Under the pieces are notes generated by a model. It did not search any database. It was not told the DNA's origin and saw only the letters and a program-made list of their open reading frames with translations. Made by a program: the position numbers and the translations under genes. Positions 61,478-64,000 of a stretch of DNA of 64,000 bases are shown here, piece after piece. The stretch's first letter is position 1. The number at the start of each line of letters is the position of its first letter. This DNA comes from Gemmatimonadota bacterium (lineage in GTDB: Bacteria; Gemmatimonadota; Gemmatimonadetes; Gemmatimonadales; GWC2-71-9), in NCBI GenBank assembly GCA_003222055.1, contig QHUT01000054.1:15022-79021 (forward strand), in the 5' to 3' direction.

Positions 61478-61564
61478 GAGGGGCTAGGGGTCGGGGGCTA
61501 GGGGCTGGGGACTGCGCTGCCATCCCGAATCCCTGACCCCTGACCCCTGATCCCTGACCCCTGA
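61478..61564. repeat. G-tract / C-tract heptamer palindrome (GGGGCTA-type arm against CCCTGAC-type arm)
   Basis: GGGGCTAGGGGTCGGGGGCTAGGGGCTGGGG at 61480..61510 and CCCTGACCCCTGACCCCTGATCCCTGACCCCTGA at 61531..61564. The right arm ends at the ATG of the amidohydrolase gene. Confidence 0.9.
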
Positions 61565-62772
61565 TGTTGCGCATCCGCGCAGGGTCCGTGCACCCCGTCA
61601 CGGCGCCGCCCATCACGGACGGCGCCGTTCTCGTTGCGGACGATGGCCGGATCGCGGCGGTCGCGGCGCATGCGCAATTGCCCGACCCTCCAGGATCCCG
61701 CCGGGTCGAGTTTCCCGACGCCGTCCTCGTCCCGGGCCTCGTCAACACGCACACCCACCTCGAGCTCACCCATCTCGCCGGTCGCAATCCGGAGCGCGAG
61801 TTCTCCCGCTGGATCCGCACCATCCGGGCGCTGAAGGACGCGACCACGCCCGAAGAGTTCGATCACTCGGCCGAGCAGGGCGTGCGGGACTGCTGGACGG
61901 CGGGCGTCACCTGCGTCGCGGACACGGGAAGTACCGGAGCGCCCCTCAGGGCGCTCGCCCGCCTCGGCGCGCGCGGGATCTATTATCAGGAGGTATTCGG
62001 CCCCGATCCGGCGGACCGGGCGGTGAGCCTGGCCGACCTGCAGGCCGCCGTGGTCCGGCTCGGTCCCGTCGCCTCCGCCCGCGCACGGCTCGGCGTGTCG
62101 CCGCACGCGCCGTACACCGTGAGCGAGCCGCTCTATCGCGCGGTCGCCGATTTTGCACGGCGCGAAACGCTCCCCGTCGCGATGCACCTGGCCGAGTCGC
62201 GCGATGAGACGGCGCTGGTACGCGACGGGGCGGGCTCGTTCGCCCAGGCGCTGCGCGCGCGCGGTATCCCCGTGCAAGCGCACCACTGCTCGCCGGTGCA
62301 GTATCTCCTGCAACTTGGCGTCTTAGAACATGCAACGGGGTGGCTCTTCATCCACTGCGTTCAAGTGGACGCACGGGACATCGCGATTCTGCGGGACTCG
62401 GGTGGGGCGGTGGCCGCCTGCCCCCGTTCCAACCGCGCCCACGGGCACGGCACGGCGCCCCTGGCTGCATTCCGGGCCGCCGGCATCCCGGTCGGGCTCG
62501 GCACCGACTCGGTGGTCAGCGCGGGCGATGTCAACCTGTGGGCCGAGGCGGCGGCCGCCGGACTGCACGGGGAGGACGCGATCCGCATGCTCACGATCGA
62601 GGGAGCGCGGGCGCTCGGGCTCGACGGCGAGATCGGCTCGCTCGAGGTCGGGAAGCAGGCCGACCTCGCGGTTTTTCCCTCTGCCGCCCTCGCCCGCCCT
62701 TTGCCGCCATCTGCCGCCCTTCTCACCCTCGTCGCCGGACGGGTCGTTCGCGGCTACATTCCCGCCCCATGA
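61564..62772 (+). CDS. Amidohydrolase-family protein (chlorohydrolase/deaminase-like)
   Basis: VLVPGLVNTHTHLELT (HxH metal site), MHLAES and GLGTDS. The C-terminal part contains tandem decamers. Confidence 0.8.
   Translation: MLRIRAGSVHPVTAPPITDGAVLVADDGRIAAVAAHAQLPDPPGSRRVEFPDAVLVPGLVNTHTHLELTHLAGRNPEREFSRWIRTIRALKDATTPEEFDHSAEQGVRDCWTAGVTCVADTGSTGAPLRALARLGARGIYYQEVFGPDPADRAVSLADLQAAVVRLGPVASARARLGVSPHAPYTVSEPLYRAVADFARRETLPVAMHLAESRDETALVRDGAGSFAQALRARGIPVQAHHCSPVQYLLQLGVLEHATGWLFIHCVQVDARDIAILRDSGGAVAACPRSNRAHGHGTAPLAAFRAAGIPVGLGTDSVVSAGDVNLWAEAAAAGLHGEDAIRMLTIEGARALGLDGEIGSLEVGKQADLAVFPSAALARPLPPSAALLTLVAGRVVRGYIPAP
62671..62730 (+). repeat. Tandem decamers (CTGCCGCCCT-like, about 5-6 units) in the 3' part of the amidohydrolase CDS
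   Basis: GTTTTTCCCT CTGCCGCCCT CGCCCGCCCT TTGCCGCCAT CTGCCGCCCT TCTCACCCTC, read in register from 62671. No inverted partner was seen. Confidence 0.75.
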
Positions 62773-63227
62773 AAACGCAGCGCCACGCCGCGATCCTGAA
62801 GATCGTCCGCTCGCTGACCGTCGCGAGCCAGGAACAGCTGCGCGAGCTGCTCAAGGCCGAGGGGTTCGACGTCACCCAGGCGACGCTGTCGCGGGACATC
62901 CGGGACTTGGGGCTGGCCAAGGTCGCGGCGCCGGACGGAGGCTCGCACTACGCTCCGCCGCCCGAGGCCGGGGCGGCGATCCGGCCGCAGCTGCAGCAGC
63001 TCCTGCCCACGACCCTCGTGTCGTTGGACGGGGTGGGCCCGTTGCTCGTGCTGAAGACACCGGCGGGGAGCGCCCAGGCACTCGGGCTCGCGCTCGATGC
63101 CGCCGGGTGGACCGAGATCATCGGGACCGTGGCGGGAGACGACGCCGTGCTCGTCATCACGCGGAGCGAGCGGGCGCGACGCGCCGTCGAGACCCGGCTC
63201 AAAGAGACGGCGGGCATGCCGGACTGA
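62769..63227 (+). CDS. argR: Arginine repressor
   Basis: MKTQRHAAILKIVRSLTVASQEQLRELLKAEGFDVTQATLSRDIRDLGLAKV...GTVAGDDAVLVI. ATGA overlap with the upstream stop. Confidence 0.88.
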   Translation: MKTQRHAAILKIVRSLTVASQEQLRELLKAEGFDVTQATLSRDIRDLGLAKVAAPDGGSHYAPPPEAGAAIRPQLQQLLPTTLVSLDGVGPLLVLKTPAGSAQALGLALDAAGWTEIIGTVAGDDAVLVITRSERARRAVETRLKETAGMPD

Positions 63228-63244
63228 GCCGGCGTCGCGCCGGC
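63228..63244 (+). terminator. Short GC hairpin after argR (GCCGGCG-TCG-CGCCGGC)
   Basis: A 7-bp stem immediately after the argR stop. There is no clear U-tract, so support is weak. Confidence 0.3.
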
Positions 63245-63324
63245 GCAACGCACCGAGCGCCCCTTGAACTTCCGATTCCACGTACGGGTGGTAGGGTTGA
63301 ACCATCGTTTCTACAGGAGACACC

Positions 63325-64000
63325 GTGACACACGCAAGGCTGGTGACCGCTCTGGCGAGCGGTCTCTTACTCGCGGTGACCGCCGTCGCGGCGCCGCGCA
63401 TCGTCCTCGCTCAAACCGCCACGGGGAGCGCCACCGAGCGGCTCAACATCTTGACCCCGGAAGAGCGCGCCGCGGGTTGGCGCCTGCTGTTCGACGGCCA
63501 CAGCACCGTCGGCTGGCGGGGCTGGAAGATGGACACCATCCCGTCGGGATGGGGAGTTCGGGAAGGCGCGCTCACGCGCGTGCGACCCGCCGCGGACATC
63601 ATCACCACCGAGAAGTTCAAGAACTTCGAGCTCACGCTCGAATGGAACGTCTCCCCGAAAGGCAACAGCGGCATCTTCTACCGCGTGAGCGAGGACACTG
63701 CCGACGACGCCATCTATTGGAGCGGTCCGGAGATGCAGGTGCTCGACGACGCGGGGCACGCCGACGGCCAGTCGCGCTTGACGGCCGCGGGCTCCGACTA
63801 CGGTCTCTATCCTTCGCCGGCCGGCGTCGTGAAGCCCGCGGGTCAGTGGAATGCGGTGCGTCTGGTGGTGAACGGGCACCACGTCGAGCACTGGCTCAAC
63901 GGCGTCAAGGTCGTCGAGTACGAGCTGGGCAGCCCCGATTGGGAGGCGAAGGTGAAAGACAGCAAGTTTGCCACCCACCCACGCTACGGGCGCAATGCCG
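63325..64000 (+). CDS. DUF1080 / 3-keto-disaccharide hydrolase-like secreted protein (partial; runs off the window)
   Basis: My own translation from GTG 63325 (AGGAGA at 63315..63320) gives VTHARLVTALASGLLLAVTAVAAP...GWRLLFDGHSTVGWRGWK...FELTLEWNVSPKGNSGIFYRV...VVNGHHVEHWLNGVKVVEY. It is not in the ORF track because there is no stop in the window. Confidence 0.7.
   Translation, partial: MTHARLVTALASGLLLAVTAVAAPRIVLAQTATGSATERLNILTPEERAAGWRLLFDGHSTVGWRGWKMDTIPSGWGVREGALTRVRPAADIITTEKFKNFELTLEWNVSPKGNSGIFYRVSEDTADDAIYWSGPEMQVLDDAGHADGQSRLTAAGSDYGLYPSPAGVVKPAGQWNAVRLVVNGHHVEHWLNGVKVVEYELGSPDWEAKVKDSKFATHPRYGRNA

Noticed and set aside
179-62730. The tandem short-unit arrays as CRISPR arrays
   Set aside because: The units are 7-10 nt and directly abutting, with no spacers. 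The arrays are only 20-35 nt long and paired as inverted arms. No cas genes are present.
63255-63275. Possible ARG box (TGAACTTCCGATTCCA) downstream of argR
   Set aside because: The half-sites are not symmetric, the spacer is GC-rich, and it is one nt longer than the TGAAT-N4-ATTCA pattern.
1-64000. Search for rRNA, tRNA, transposase, integrase, prophage or toxin-antitoxin genes
   Set aside because: None was found. All gaps are under 280 nt and are explained by promoters or the repeat hairpins. No ORF shows DDE, tyrosine-recombinase or serine-recombinase motifs.

Overview
This is a very GC-rich bacterial chromosomal segment: third codon positions are almost all G/C, and the many long shadow ORFs are artefacts of that. 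The organism is diderm, shown by an Omp85/TamB pair, Lgt, an MsbA-like exporter and a heptosyltransferase. The gene content would fit an FCB-related lineage such as Gemmatimonadota, but that is inference only. I support about 63 protein-coding genes. They are packed very tightly, and many are joined by ATGA/GTGA stop-start overlaps, which I used to choose start codons. I saw no rRNA, tRNA, CRISPR array, transposase, integrase or prophage genes. From left to right the window contains: glcE/glcD-like FAD oxidases; a short sigma-70 family factor with a low-GC upstream region; aroB; a PduO-type adenosyltransferase; a TrxR-like FNR; PBP4; dppA/dppB-like genes; TamA/TamB-like genes; a lipid kinase; an NtrC-type regulator; small Cys-rich ORFs; and a DmpA-NlpC/P60-HAD-CYTH-acpS string followed by a cytochrome c/FTR1 fusion. 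Next comes a 23-gene co-directional minus-strand array: lgt, tsaD, ybbR-like, tlpA-like, rpe, PASTA, rsmB, thiG, thiS, thiE, fmt, def, yajC, tgt, queA, ruvB, a zinc-ribbon ORF, ruvA, ruvC, yebC, a DnaB C-domain-only gene, a hypothetical gene and a GT9 gene. After that are a REC-PglZ regulator, an MsbA-like exporter, a seven-gene glycosyltransferase cluster, a patatin-ferredoxin fusion, an orphan dppC-like permease, a class V aminotransferase, tyrS, PBP1A, an amidohydrolase, argR and a DUF1080-like gene. The most unusual signal is not a gene. It is a class of palindromic elements whose two arms are each built from tandem arrays of a 7-10 nt unit (GCGGATT, CACGACGC, NNGCGTCT, GGGAAAC, GGGGCTA/CCCTGAC, GACGGWAG). 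These elements fill nearly every sizeable intergenic gap. Some units recur at distant loci. In several cases they are translated in frame inside conserved genes: the glcD tail, a tgt loop and two rsmB linkers.
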